Assembly (NCBI GenBank): GCA_964598485.1
Contig: CAZRCD010000004.1
Coordinates: 47,516-111,515, forward strand
Source: an uncultured Candidatus Bathyarchaeia archaeon
GTDB lineage: Archaea > Thermoproteota > Bathyarchaeia > Bathyarchaeales > Bathycorpusculaceae
DNA length: 64,000 nt
Direction of reading: 5' to 3'
Shown: positions 9,597 to 19,106 of the stretch, piece after piece
Layout: every line of letters begins with the position of its first letter
Position numbering within the stretch: the stretch's first letter is position 1
Program-made: the position numbers and the translations under genes
Notes under the pieces: generated by a model
Database searches by the model: none
Told to the model about the DNA's origin: nothing
Seen by the model: only the letters and a program-made list of their open reading frames with translations

Positions 9597-11030
9597 TTAT
9601 TTCTTTAGCAGTTCTTCCTCTGGCGGCGGCTGCTTTACTAGTCCTTCCTTCATCAACAGTTTCACAGATTCTCTAGCGTTTTTTATCATTGCTACAGCCC
9701 TTTCGTACAGCTCTTGTCTGCTTGGTTTCATTCTTGCCACGCCTTGCTCTATAGATTTTAGTGCGCATGCCACTGCTTCACGTGGATAGACCTCCCATTC
9801 CTCCATTCTCGGTAGAATATCGTTCTCGTTCATTCCCCTTTCTTCTGCAAACTTCGCTAGTTCTTGGGCTGCTGCTATACACATGTCGTCTGTCACGGTT
9901 TTCGCTCTAACATCCAAGACACCACGAAAGATCGCTGGAAACCCTAGACTGTTATTAACTTGGTTTGGGAAGTCGCTTCTGCCTGTAGCTATAATGCGCG
10001 CTCCAGCTTCTTTTGCCTCCCATGGCCATATTTCTGGGATTGGGTTTGCACAAGCGAAAATTATGGAGTCGTCTGCCATCGTGGCTACCCATTCTTTCCG
10101 TATTGTGCCTGGTCCTGGCTTGGATGCTGCTACTACTGCGTCCACGCCTTTGAAGGCTTCTGCTATGGTGCCCGTTCTTCCTTCTGCGTTTGTTTTTTGA
10201 GCTAGGTCATATTTCCACGGATTTTCTTCTTTTTCTATGTCTGTTCTGCCTGGATGTAGTATGCCCTTTGAATCAACCATTATCATGTTGCCTGGTTTTA
10301 TTCCCCATCTCATTAGGACGTAGGCTGTTCTTGTGTTTGCTCCACCCACACCCACTAGGGTTATTAGGCTTTCCTTCGGGTTTTTGCCGACTAGTTTGAA
10401 AGCGTTCATCAAACCTGCCAATATTACCGTGGCTGTTCCCTGCTGGTCGTCGTGCCAGACTGGAATCTGCAACTTTTCTCTTGTTTTTTCCAGCACGTGG
10501 AAGCATTTTGGCTTGGCTATGTCTTCTAGGTTTATTCCTCCGAAGGATGGTTGAATGAGTTCGCATGTTCTGATTATTTCTTCGGGGTCTTTTGTTTTTA
10601 GGCATATTGGGAAAGCGTCAACTCCGCCTAAATATTTGAATAGTAAGGCTTTTCCTTCCATTACTGGCATGGCTGCTTCTGGACCTATGTCTCCTAAGCC
10701 TAAAACACGCGTGCCATCTGACACTACTGCTACGTAATTCCAGCGATTTGTAAGTTCGAACGATTTGTCTGGGTCTGCTTGGATTTCTCTGCATGGAGTC
10801 GCTACGCCTGGTGTGTACCATATTGCAAAATCATCTGCGCTTTTGATTGAGCATTTCGGCATTGTTTGAACTTTTCCTTCATAAAATCTGTGTAATGGTG
10901 AAGCCAACTGTGCTGGTTTTTTAGCTTTGGCTAATAACTCTTCTACTGTTGGTTTTCTTTCTTCTTGTGAGCCTGTCATGTTATTTATTCTCCTGTTAAC
11001 ATGGTGAATTGTTATTGTTTGCGCGTACAA
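9597..11030 (-). CDS. NAD(P)-dependent malic enzyme (oxaloacetate-decarboxylating malate dehydrogenase)
   Basis: Has the malic enzyme signatures VVSDGTRVLGLGDIGPEAAMPVMEGKALLFK and an NAD-binding Rossmann fold (LVGVGGANT). The true start is probably the internal Met at about 10979 (MTGSQEER…). Confidence 0.85.
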   Translation of the reverse strand: MYAQTITIHHVNRRINNMTGSQEERKPTVEELLAKAKKPAQLASPLHRFYEGKVQTMPKCSIKSADDFAIWYTPGVATPCREIQADPDKSFELTNRWNYVAVVSDGTRVLGLGDIGPEAAMPVMEGKALLFKYLGGVDAFPICLKTKDPEEIIRTCELIQPSFGGINLEDIAKPKCFHVLEKTREKLQIPVWHDDQQGTATVILAGLMNAFKLVGKNPKESLITLVGVGGANTRTAYVLMRWGIKPGNMIMVDSKGILHPGRTDIEKEENPWKYDLAQKTNAEGRTGTIAEAFKGVDAVVAASKPGPGTIRKEWVATMADDSIIFACANPIPEIWPWEAKEAGARIIATGRSDFPNQVNNSLGFPAIFRGVLDVRAKTVTDDMCIAAAQELAKFAEERGMNENDILPRMEEWEVYPREAVACALKSIEQGVARMKPSRQELYERAVAMIKNARESVKLLMKEGLVKQPPPEEELLKK

Positions 11031-11317
11031 GTTTTAAAAGTTGCGATAAGATTTTGGAAAAAACGATGTAGATTGCTAATAGGGAATAAAGGAAAGATGC
11101 TTGACTTGTGCAAAGTTGAAGTCATAGAAAAAGGGGAAAATAAAGGTTTTCTTGAAACAGAGGAAACGGGCGAAATCAATTTTGCATATGTATTTCTAGA
11201 ACTGATGTAATAACTTCGGCTTAAAGCGACCACTAGAAAAAAGAGCGAAACTGAATAGACCTATAATCTTGTTTAGAAGAAAATAGTTGGAAACCCTTTC
11301 CGGCAGTTAGATAGTGA

Positions 11318-11788
11318 TTAGTATCTTCTTCCGTATCCGCCTGTTCTTCTTCCGTATCCGCCTGTTCTTCTTTCCCTGTTGTACGGTCTTCTCTCCGGCT
11401 CAAACACCTTAGTTGACATGTTATTCTCAGTGTTTACTTCACCTTCTAAGGGTTGTTCTGCAATCTCCATTGTGCCGTATCTACCGATGTTTAAGCGCAT
11501 GTTGCCTCGGAACAGGTTTATGTAGCCGTTTTTTACGCTGACTGTGTCGTCTTCGTTTACTTTTTCGATGTTGTCGTCCCACAAGGTTAGGTATATGCAG
11601 CCTGTTTCGTCGGCTACTAATGCGTCGCATACGCGGTGTGGTGCTCCGTCTCTTCCAGCTGCGATGCTTCGGACTTCGCTTTTTGATATTGTTTTTGCTA
11701 TGACGTTTACGGCTCTAGAGGTGGGGGTTAATTCTCCTACTTTCGCGTCTACTGGTTCTCTACGTCTCGAAAAACCTTCAACAGCCAA
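11318..11788 (-). CDS. ssb: Single-stranded DNA-binding protein with an OB fold (crenarchaeal/thaumarchaeal type) and a C-terminal RGG/YGRR repeat tail
   Basis: The VADETGCIYLTLWDD core parallels VGDETGRVKLTLWGK of Sulfolobus SSB. Size is about 150 aa. The flexible tail RRTGGYGRRTGGYGRRY is encoded by a tandem 21-bp DNA repeat. Confidence 0.7.
   Translation of the reverse strand: MAVEGFSRRREPVDAKVGELTPTSRAVNVIAKTISKSEVRSIAAGRDGAPHRVCDALVADETGCIYLTLWDDNIEKVNEDDTVSVKNGYINLFRGNMRLNIGRYGTMEIAEQPLEGEVNTENNMSTKVFEPERRPYNRERRTGGYGRRTGGYGRRY
11327..11368. repeat. Perfect tandem 21-bp repeat x2, with a partial third copy
   Basis: The unit tcttccgtatccgcctgttct occurs at 11327-11347 and 11348-11368. 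It lies in frame inside the SSB C-terminal tail, and each unit codes 7 aa. Confidence 0.9.
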
Positions 11789-12028
11789 ACTAATTCAACA
11801 CCTTATATATGTTAACAACACAGATAATATTGCCATACACTTAAGCCTTTTGGTTATAAATCCTAACGTTTAAGTGCTATATCTTCGAGCTGACACATTC
11901 CTTTGGCTTCTTTTCACTTTCACTGATAGCAGAATACCGAACTCTAAGGCAAGGAAGTGTCTTTCAGAGGTTTTTGGTTATCACATACATAACCTAAGCA
12001 TTCGCACACACAAAGTAAAGACGCCAAG

Positions 12029-12349
12029 TTAATGTTTTTTCTGTTGTTCTTTATTCACCATCTCGTTAATCTGTTTTTCCATCATGTGCCCACGACAATA
12101 AACTAAGGCTTTCTTAATATCAGCAACCTGTAGAGCCGCGTTCTTAACATCTATAGCCAACTTGAAAGCAATAGGACAGAAAGGACTTGAAGGAACAAAA
12201 TACACCTTAACAACACCAGCCTCTTCTTCTTTAACATTAGAAATCATGCGCATCTCAGCAAAACTCAAACCAGTTTCAGGGTCAACAACCTTGCCAACGG
12301 CTTCACGCACCTTATCCTCTAATTCTGTCAAACCTTTTTCCACGTCCAC
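12029..12349 (-). CDS. DUF59/MIP18-family Fe-S cluster assembly protein (SufT-like)
   Basis: A DPETGLSF…VKVYFVPSSPFCPIA pattern with a conserved Cys, typical of DUF59. Confidence 0.65.
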   Translation of the reverse strand: MDVEKGLTELEDKVREAVGKVVDPETGLSFAEMRMISNVKEEEAGVVKVYFVPSSPFCPIAFKLAIDVKNAALQVADIKKALVYCRGHMMEKQINEMVNKEQQKKH

Positions 12350-12399
12350 TTGTTTTTCAATGAATAAAAGCGATGCGCCATATAAACTGTCACATAAAG

Positions 12400-13941
12400 C
12401 TACAAATTCTGCTCAGTTTTCTTCAGATACATTCGCCAACTCAAAGCCATAGTTCTCGGATGCGAAGCCTTCACCTCATCCAGCCTTGAAACAGCAGTGT
12501 TATGCGGCGCCTTCAGAACCACTTCTGGGTTTGTGTACGCTTCTTTACAGATTTCCCGCATAGCCTCAACGAAACGGTCAAGCTCTTCCTTCTCAAACGT
12601 TTCCGTAGGCTCAATCATCAACGCTTCATCAACGATGAGCGGAAAATAAATCGTTGGTGCATGCAACCCATAATCGAGCAGACGCTTAGCAACATTCAAA
12701 GCTGAAACACCAGTTTCACCCTTTAAAGGCTTGGCACTTAAAACACACTCATGCTTCCTCGGTTTTTCACCGCCATAAGGAAGCGTCAATCCCTTAATTC
12801 CCTCAAGCTTCTTAGCCAAATAGTTCGCGTTCAAAACAGAAACTTCCGCCACTTCCTTCAACCCTTCAAAACCCAAACTCAAAATGTAAGCATAAGCCTT
12901 CAACAAAACAGCCACATTCCCATAAAAACTCCTCATCTTACCAATAGTGTGAGGCATATCATAGTCTAAGTGATAGCGTTCTCCATCGAAAACTATGCGT
13001 GGAACAGGCAAAAACTTAGCCAAATCCTCGGAAACACCAACAGGACCAGCTCCTGGACCTCCTCCACCATGAGGAGTGCCAAACGTTTTATGAATGTTCA
13101 TGTGAACTATGTCGAACCCCATGTCACCGGGCCTAGCCTTACCAAGTATAGCATTCAAGTTCGCCCCATCATAGTAGAGCAGTCCACCAGCCTCATGAAC
13201 AATTCTGGCTATTTCCTCAATGTTTTTCTCAAAGATTCCAAGAGTGTTAGGGTTTGTAAGCATCAGGCCTGCTGTGCATTCAGAAACAGCAGCCTTCAAC
13301 GCTTCAATACTCACGCAGCCATCCTCATCTGATGGAACAACCACAACGTTAAATCCAGCCATAGCCGCACTTGCAGGATTGGTGCCGTGAGCAGAATCTG
13401 GCACAATAATTTCCCTCCTCTTTTCAATTTCCCCATTCAACTTATGATGAGCACGCATAAGTGATGTACCCAAGAATTCACCGTGGGCGCCTGCGGCAGG
13501 CTGCAGACAAACCTCGTGAGTGCCAGTGATTTCTGCAAGCCATCTCTCGAGCCTGTAAAGAATTCCCAATATGCCCTGCACAGTGCCTTCATCCTGATAC
13601 GGATGCACCATGTTTATCGCTGGCAGGTTCGCAAGCAACTCGTTTATTTTCGGATTATACTTCATGGTGCAGCTTCCAAGCGGATACAAGCCAGAATCAA
13701 CACCATAATTCATTTGAGATAAGCGTGTGAAATGCCTTACAGCCTCAACCTCTGAAAGCTCCGGAAGCTTAGGCTGACTTTTACGCTGCATGTTCTCTGG
13801 AATAAGCATGTTCACATCGCCAACAATTCGTTTAATTTTTTCTTCGACTTTCGGAGAAACGTGTCCTCTCCGTCCCTTCCTTCCAAGACTGAAGATCAAC
13901 CGCTCATTCCAGTTTGCCTGCTTAAACATAACGCTTTTCAC
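12400..13941 (-). CDS. gcvPB: Glycine dehydrogenase (decarboxylating) subunit 2, P-protein C-terminal half
   Basis: A 513 aa PLP-dependent protein with the HMNIHKTFGTPHGGGGPGAGPV motif. It overlaps the upstream gcvPA by 20 nt. Confidence 0.9.
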   Translation of the reverse strand: MKSVMFKQANWNERLIFSLGRKGRRGHVSPKVEEKIKRIVGDVNMLIPENMQRKSQPKLPELSEVEAVRHFTRLSQMNYGVDSGLYPLGSCTMKYNPKINELLANLPAINMVHPYQDEGTVQGILGILYRLERWLAEITGTHEVCLQPAAGAHGEFLGTSLMRAHHKLNGEIEKRREIIVPDSAHGTNPASAAMAGFNVVVVPSDEDGCVSIEALKAAVSECTAGLMLTNPNTLGIFEKNIEEIARIVHEAGGLLYYDGANLNAILGKARPGDMGFDIVHMNIHKTFGTPHGGGGPGAGPVGVSEDLAKFLPVPRIVFDGERYHLDYDMPHTIGKMRSFYGNVAVLLKAYAYILSLGFEGLKEVAEVSVLNANYLAKKLEGIKGLTLPYGGEKPRKHECVLSAKPLKGETGVSALNVAKRLLDYGLHAPTIYFPLIVDEALMIEPTETFEKEELDRFVEAMREICKEAYTNPEVVLKAPHNTAVSRLDEVKASHPRTMALSWRMYLKKTEQNL

Positions 13942-15388
13942 CTCCAGCCAAAATCTCCTCTAAAACTGTTGCCAGACGTTCAATCTCCTCTTCAGAATGG
14001 ATTTCAGTCACACAGTAGAGGGCTGTTTTGCCTAGCTCTGGAAACTCCTTTGAAAGGTCTTTGCCACCGTGAATCCCACGCTCTAAAAGTTTTTTATGCA
14101 AATCTTTAACGCTTAGACCTGTTCCGTCAAAGTTTACAGTGAATTCCTTGAAATGGGTTGATTTGAAAGCTGGAGCTTTAACCCCATCGATTTTCGAAAG
14201 CAAATGAATAGCATAATTTGCCTTGCGCATTATTGTCTCGCCGAGTTCTCGTAATCCTTCGGGTCCAAGCAGAGCCATGTAAACAGCTGATGCTACAGCA
14301 CATAAAGCTTCGTTTGTGCACACGTTTGATGTTGCTTTTTCACGCCTAATATGTTGTTCACGGGTTTGTAAAGCCATGCAAAAACCTTGTCTATTACCAT
14401 CCAATGTTGTAGTCATCCCGATTATGCGTCCAGGCATTTGCCTAATCACCCTTAAATCATCACGACAAGCAAAAATCCCCAAAAGAGGCCCGCCGAAATT
14501 CATTGCGTTGCCAAGAGGTTGAGCCTCGCCAACCACAATATCTGCATCATAATCACCCGGAGGTTTCAAAATTCCAAGGGAAGTTGGGTCAACGCCAACA
14601 ATGAAAAGTGCTCCATGCGCATGTGCCCCTCTACTTATTTCATCAACTTGTGTTTCAACAAAGCCTAAATACGATGGATTTTCAATGTAGACCGCTGCTG
14701 TTCTGTCTGAAATCTTATTCCTGAAATCCTCTGCGTTTATTTGCCCAGTCTCCTTGTTGTAGGCCACTTGTTTGATTGATATTCCGGCTGGTTCAGCATA
14801 AACCCGTAATGTAGCCAATCTTTCAGGGTGAACAATTTTAGGAACCAAAATTTCGTTCCGCCTTGTTAATCTAGCTGCCATGCGAGAGGCTTCACCTAAG
14901 GCTGAAGCCCAATCATACAAGGAGCAATTGGCAACTTCCATACCTGTTAACTCGCAAATCATGCTCTGATATTCAAAAAGGGCTTGAAGCATACCCTGCG
15001 AAATTTCAGGCTGATAAGGCGTGTAAGAAGTAAGCAGCTCACTGCGTTGAACGATTTCCTTTACAACCGCCGGAACATAATGAGGCCAGCAACTTGCACC
15101 CAAAAACACTGGCATGTCACTGCATGTCTTGTTTTTTGAAAGCAAACCCTCCACATGCTTCTTAACCTCAAACTCTGACAAAGCTTCTGGAAGTTTTAAC
15201 GGCTTTTTTAAACGATATTTCTCTGGAATATCCGCGTACAATTCATCGATGCTTTCTGTGCCTATTTCTCGCATCATTTCTTTCTTGATTTCTGGCAGAG
15301 AATTTGGAATGTATGGATGACTGCGTTTGATCAAGAGATTCACCGTTAGAATTAACACTAAATCAGCACTGACTTTAAGCTTTTTCAA
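13922..15388 (-). CDS. gcvPA: Glycine dehydrogenase (decarboxylating) subunit 1, P-protein N-terminal half
   Basis: Has HPYIPNS… near the N-terminus and the overall P-protein alpha architecture. The annotated start adds a hydrophobic extension of about 22 aa (MKKLKVSADLVLILTVNLLIKRS), so the start is uncertain. Confidence 0.85.
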   Translation of the reverse strand: MKKLKVSADLVLILTVNLLIKRSHPYIPNSLPEIKKEMMREIGTESIDELYADIPEKYRLKKPLKLPEALSEFEVKKHVEGLLSKNKTCSDMPVFLGASCWPHYVPAVVKEIVQRSELLTSYTPYQPEISQGMLQALFEYQSMICELTGMEVANCSLYDWASALGEASRMAARLTRRNEILVPKIVHPERLATLRVYAEPAGISIKQVAYNKETGQINAEDFRNKISDRTAAVYIENPSYLGFVETQVDEISRGAHAHGALFIVGVDPTSLGILKPPGDYDADIVVGEAQPLGNAMNFGGPLLGIFACRDDLRVIRQMPGRIIGMTTTLDGNRQGFCMALQTREQHIRREKATSNVCTNEALCAVASAVYMALLGPEGLRELGETIMRKANYAIHLLSKIDGVKAPAFKSTHFKEFTVNFDGTGLSVKDLHKKLLERGIHGGKDLSKEFPELGKTALYCVTEIHSEEEIERLATVLEEILAGGEKRYV

Positions 15389-16170
15389 ACATTATTGAAT
15401 TCTGGGGCTTCAGAAAGAGCCTCTAGGACAGCTTCTAGAAGAATTCTTGCGTTTTCCCTAACCTGCTGGTGTCCGAAGGCTTGCAGCCATCCAGTTTCGC
15501 TTAAAACGTCTGAAACAACTTGTGCCGAAGCTGCCTCAACATTCCTATATTTGGCAACTGCAAAAATCGCTGAAGTTTCCATATTCACAGCCAAAACACC
15601 GCTGTCCCTAAACTTGAAGAATTTTTTGCGCGTTTCTCTATAAACTCCGTCAGTAGACCAGACAGAACCAACGAAATGCTTGATTTTCCCTTCATTCAAA
15701 CGCTTAATCAGCTTGCTTCTCAATTTTGGAGAAGACTCAACCTTCACGTTTGGTGGAAGGTAATGGTGAGAGGTTCCTTCGTCACGAATCGCCTCTGTTA
15801 CAACAATTATGTTGCTTGGTTGAAGGAAAGTCTGCAAACCTCCAGACGCGCCAACTTCAAGAATTGTTTTTGCACCGCACGCAATTAGTTCTTCCAATGT
15901 CATAACAGCCGCTGGTGCGCCTACCCAGAAGCGTCCAAGCCCAATTTCCACATGGTTGAATCGTCCGATGCAAAATGGTTGGCTTTCGCCATACATCCAC
16001 CAGTCAACGGACTTGCCATCAATTAGCTTCTTCCCATATTCATACGTACGTCTCTGATAAGTGATCAAAAGGCGTTGAGGAACTTTTATGGTGTCCACTG
16101 GAACTTTTCTGTTTTCAGCTACATAGCGGACAAAATCGAGTGGTGTGAATATGGCTTCGTCTTCGCTCAC
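15385..16170 (-). CDS. Nucleoside phosphorylase family I (PNP/UDP/MTAP-like)
   Basis: The VNMETSA motif and the GASGGL phosphate loop characteristic of PNP_UDP_1. It overlaps gcvPA by 4 nt. Confidence 0.65.
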   Translation of the reverse strand: MSEDEAIFTPLDFVRYVAENRKVPVDTIKVPQRLLITYQRRTYEYGKKLIDGKSVDWWMYGESQPFCIGRFNHVEIGLGRFWVGAPAAVMTLEELIACGAKTILEVGASGGLQTFLQPSNIIVVTEAIRDEGTSHHYLPPNVKVESSPKLRSKLIKRLNEGKIKHFVGSVWSTDGVYRETRKKFFKFRDSGVLAVNMETSAIFAVAKYRNVEAASAQVVSDVLSETGWLQAFGHQQVRENARILLEAVLEALSEAPEFNNV

Positions 16171-16188
16171 GGTTTTCCCTCATTAACG

Positions 16189-16719
16189 TTAATATTGTAT
16201 TCCTCTTGTTGTAACCATTTCTTTCGGACACTTGATAGCTATAATCTCATTCACAAACTCTGCACGCTTTACAAGTTCTTTTGGGGCAAATCTACCTGTC
16301 AAGACAACATCAGTTTTTTTTGGCATTTTATCTAGGAATTTCAGAACTTCTTTCACGGTCAAAAGCTTGCAGTGTAAAACCAAATTAACTTCGTCCAGAA
16401 CTAGCAGATGCGGTTTCTTTTCCTTAACGATTTTTTCAGCGAATCTTAGGGCCTTATGGGCTAGTTCTTTATCTTCTTCACCTAAATTGCTTAGTCCGTG
16501 CCATCCTTTACGGCCGAACTGGTGTATTTCATAGTAAGGCACAAGGAGTTTTCGAATTTTATATTCACCTGTGTTTTTCCACCATTTCAAAAACTGGATT
16601 ATAACAACTTTATGTTTGTGTCCAACAGAGCGTAATGCTAAGCCTAGAGCGTTTGTTGTTTTTCCAGCTCCCATTCCAGTATAAAGATAGACGTAACCCA
16701 TTTGAAACCCTCTTTTCAC
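16189..16719 (-). CDS. cobO: Cob(I)yrinic acid a,c-diamide / corrinoid adenosyltransferase (CobO/BtuR type)
   Basis: P-loop YTGMGAGKTTNALGLALR and a 176 aa length typical of CobA/CobO. Confidence 0.75.
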   Translation of the reverse strand: MKRGFQMGYVYLYTGMGAGKTTNALGLALRSVGHKHKVVIIQFLKWWKNTGEYKIRKLLVPYYEIHQFGRKGWHGLSNLGEEDKELAHKALRFAEKIVKEKKPHLLVLDEVNLVLHCKLLTVKEVLKFLDKMPKKTDVVLTGRFAPKELVKRAEFVNEIIAIKCPKEMVTTRGIQY

Positions 16720-16772
16720 GCCATTTGATTGTTGACTTGGCTGTTATAAGTTTTAAATAGGATCATGTTGTC

Positions 16773-17207
16773 ATGTTAATCATGGAGCATCAACGAATGG
16801 AATACGATTACGAAGAGTTGCTGAAGAGAGCGCGTTCACAAATCCCCGAGGTAGCCTCAAAACGTGAACGTCTAGAGGTTCCCAGAATAGTTCATTCAGT
16901 CATAGGTATGCGCACGATAATCCACAATTTTAAAGAAATCGCTGAAGCTTTGAATCGTGACCCGAGGCATCTGCTGAAGTTTTTGACAAGGGAAATGGCT
17001 ACAGCTGCAACCATGCAAGAGTCAAGGATAATTTTTCAAGGAAAGTTTTCGCGGGTAACATTTGAAAGGCTTCTACAGAGATACATGGAACAGTTTGTCA
17101 CGTGTCCAGTTTGCAAGCGTCCAGACACAAAAATTGTAAAGGAAAAACGCCTATCATTCCTAGTTTGCGAAGCTTGCGGAGCAAAATCATCTATTAGGCA
17201 ACTGTAA
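16773..17207 (+). CDS. eif2b: Translation initiation factor 2 subunit beta (aIF2-beta)
   Basis: A C-terminal C4 zinc ribbon (CPVCKRPDTKIV…LVCEACGA) and a conserved helical core. Confidence 0.9.
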   Translation: MLIMEHQRMEYDYEELLKRARSQIPEVASKRERLEVPRIVHSVIGMRTIIHNFKEIAEALNRDPRHLLKFLTREMATAATMQESRIIFQGKFSRVTFERLLQRYMEQFVTCPVCKRPDTKIVKEKRLSFLVCEACGAKSSIRQL

Positions 17208-17220
17208 GAGCGTCTGAAAA

Positions 17221-17517
17221 TTGAAAGTCTACATGAATCTAAAGAAAATCGGAAACAACGTTCTTTTAGCCATGTGCGACGCTGAAATACTGGGCAAAAC
17301 ACTGCGAAAGGGAAAAATAGTTTTTCATGTAAAAGAAGAATTCTACAAAGGCGCAAAAGTCAACATTGAAGAAGCTATGGCAATGATAGAAAACTCAACA
17401 ACAGTGAACATGATAGGCAAAAACATTGTTCAAAAAGCCATAGAAAAAGGTCATGTGCACCCTGAAGCAGTAATAAGCATAGAGGGCATACCACACGCAC
17501 AAATAGTAAAGCTTTGA
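17221..17517 (+). CDS. DUF424-family protein
   Basis: A 98 aa ORF immediately downstream of aIF2-beta, which is the conserved archaeal arrangement. It matches the DUF424 pattern. Confidence 0.5.
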   Translation: MKVYMNLKKIGNNVLLAMCDAEILGKTLRKGKIVFHVKEEFYKGAKVNIEEAMAMIENSTTVNMIGKNIVQKAIEKGHVHPEAVISIEGIPHAQIVKL

Positions 17518-17709
17518 TGTTGCTTTTGGACAAATAGTAAAAACTTCGCTGAGGTCGCGCTTTCTGCTTATGAAAAAAATCTGGAATAAAGATGAGTTGC
17601 TGAGTAGAGATGAGCATATAAAAAAAATTGAAGCAGTCAAAAGCGAGTTACTTCCAATACGACACAGACTGACCAAAACAGCAAAATAGAGCGTGCATTA
17701 GGAAAAAAA

Positions 17710-17736
17710 GGGGATTGTGCGGGAGACATCTCCATC
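17710..17736 (+). repeat. GC-rich intergenic motif, copy A (GGGGATTGTGCGGGAGACATCTCCATC)
   Basis: A member of a four-copy motif family with consensus (A)nGGGGRWTTGCGGGAGAnATCGCC. It is preceded by an A-run. Confidence 0.6.
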
Positions 17737-17795
17737 AACTTATTTGAAACTTATCAGTAAATTTTTTTGCGAAGTCTTTTATAAGGGAGAAAAAA

Positions 17796-17822
17796 GGGGG
17801 GAATGCGGGAGAGATCGCCACC
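17796..17822 (+). repeat. GC-rich intergenic motif, copy B (GGGGGGAATGCGGGAGAGATCGCCACC)
   Basis: Lies 86 bp downstream of copy A in the same orientation, within a 706-bp ORF-free region. Confidence 0.6.
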
Positions 17823-18223
17823 GACATTAATAATAGCAATAACCCCATAGTTTTTCCATTATCTACATATTACTTGCGTTTCCTAAAGTAATCAGGTTGT
17901 CTTTCTGGCATACATGATCAGAAAAAAAGCATTTGAAACTATAAGTGATAGTCGTGCGCCAATCTTTTAAACTTAGGATACACCAATATCAACATATGCT
18001 TGAGGTTTAGTTGTGTCGGAAAAGCGGAAGGGTGCAATATTCTGTAGTCAGGACGGTGAATGGAAAGATGAACTTGAAAATCGTGGATTTCAAAATGTGA
18101 AAAGAGAGTTTATGCTTGCCGGGCACATATTACCCTCAGAAATCGTATCTGGAGACAAACCCCGAATCCACGAATAAACATTAATTTTTGTCCCGAAATA
18201 TCTTGCAGGAATAAGAAATCTTT

Positions 18224-18991
18224 ATGGAGGTAAGTAAAATGGGAAAAATGGCTGATATTGATGAACTGATGTATTCTTGCGGTTTAGAAATTCTTCATCC
18301 TGGCGGAATTGAAAGAACTGATGAGATGGCAAGGATGTGCGAAATAGGGAAGGGCAAGAAAGTTTTAGACATAGGCTCTGGAAAGGGTGTAACAGCTTGC
18401 TATCTGGCTCAAAAACATGAGTGCGAAGTTGTTGGAGTGGATTTGTCAAAAAGAATGGTTGAACATGCAAAGGAAATGGCAAAGAAAAAAGGATTAGATG
18501 AAAGGGTTAGCTTTAGAAGAGCGGATGCACACAATTTGCCATTTGAAGATGAAAGTTTCGATATTGTTCTGGCTGAATGCACTACCGTGCTTCTGGATAA
18601 AGAAAAGGCTTTTTCAGAATTTCTTCGAGTAGCAAAGCATGGTGGATACATTGGCGACTTAGAGATGACTTGGCAAAAACCACCACCAAAAGAATTGGTG
18701 GATAAAGTCTACGATGTTTGGGAAGGCTTTGAAACAATGACACTCGAAGAATGGAAAGAGTTCTATGAAAGAATGGGAATGGCTGACGTCAAAACCGTAG
18801 ATTTTTCCGAAAAAATACCTGACATGGAAAAAGCAATGAAGAAAGAACTTGGCCTCAAAGGTATGATAAAAATGGGGTTCAAGCTTTTGTTACGCCCTGA
18901 CCTACGCAAGGCAATGAAGGAATATAGAAAAATTTTCAAAGAACACAGTGATTACGTGGGGTATGGTTATGTGGTTGGGAGGAAAAAATAA
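18224..18991 (+). CDS. Class I SAM-dependent methyltransferase
   Basis: Motif I VLDIGSGKG, motif II (DLSKRMV) and motif post-II ADAHNLPFEDESFDIV, typical of Methyltransf_11/25. Confidence 0.8.
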   Translation: MEVSKMGKMADIDELMYSCGLEILHPGGIERTDEMARMCEIGKGKKVLDIGSGKGVTACYLAQKHECEVVGVDLSKRMVEHAKEMAKKKGLDERVSFRRADAHNLPFEDESFDIVLAECTTVLLDKEKAFSEFLRVAKHGGYIGDLEMTWQKPPPKELVDKVYDVWEGFETMTLEEWKEFYERMGMADVKTVDFSEKIPDMEKAMKKELGLKGMIKMGFKLLLRPDLRKAMKEYRKIFKEHSDYVGYGYVVGRKK

Positions 18992-19106
18992 GCGGGCTTC
19001 GGGCAAGACTAAGAAAGAAATATTGAGAGTTAGAGGGACTATCAAAGAAACCTATGGAAAGGCCTGATGCTGGAATGCTTCTTTATGAAGCCAAATACTT
19101 GTCTAC

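Noticed and set aside
10190-10737. A cluster of 60-110 aa ORFs on both strands inside the malic enzyme gene
   Set aside because: They are overlapping shadow ORFs. The minus-strand malic enzyme frame has clear family motifs.
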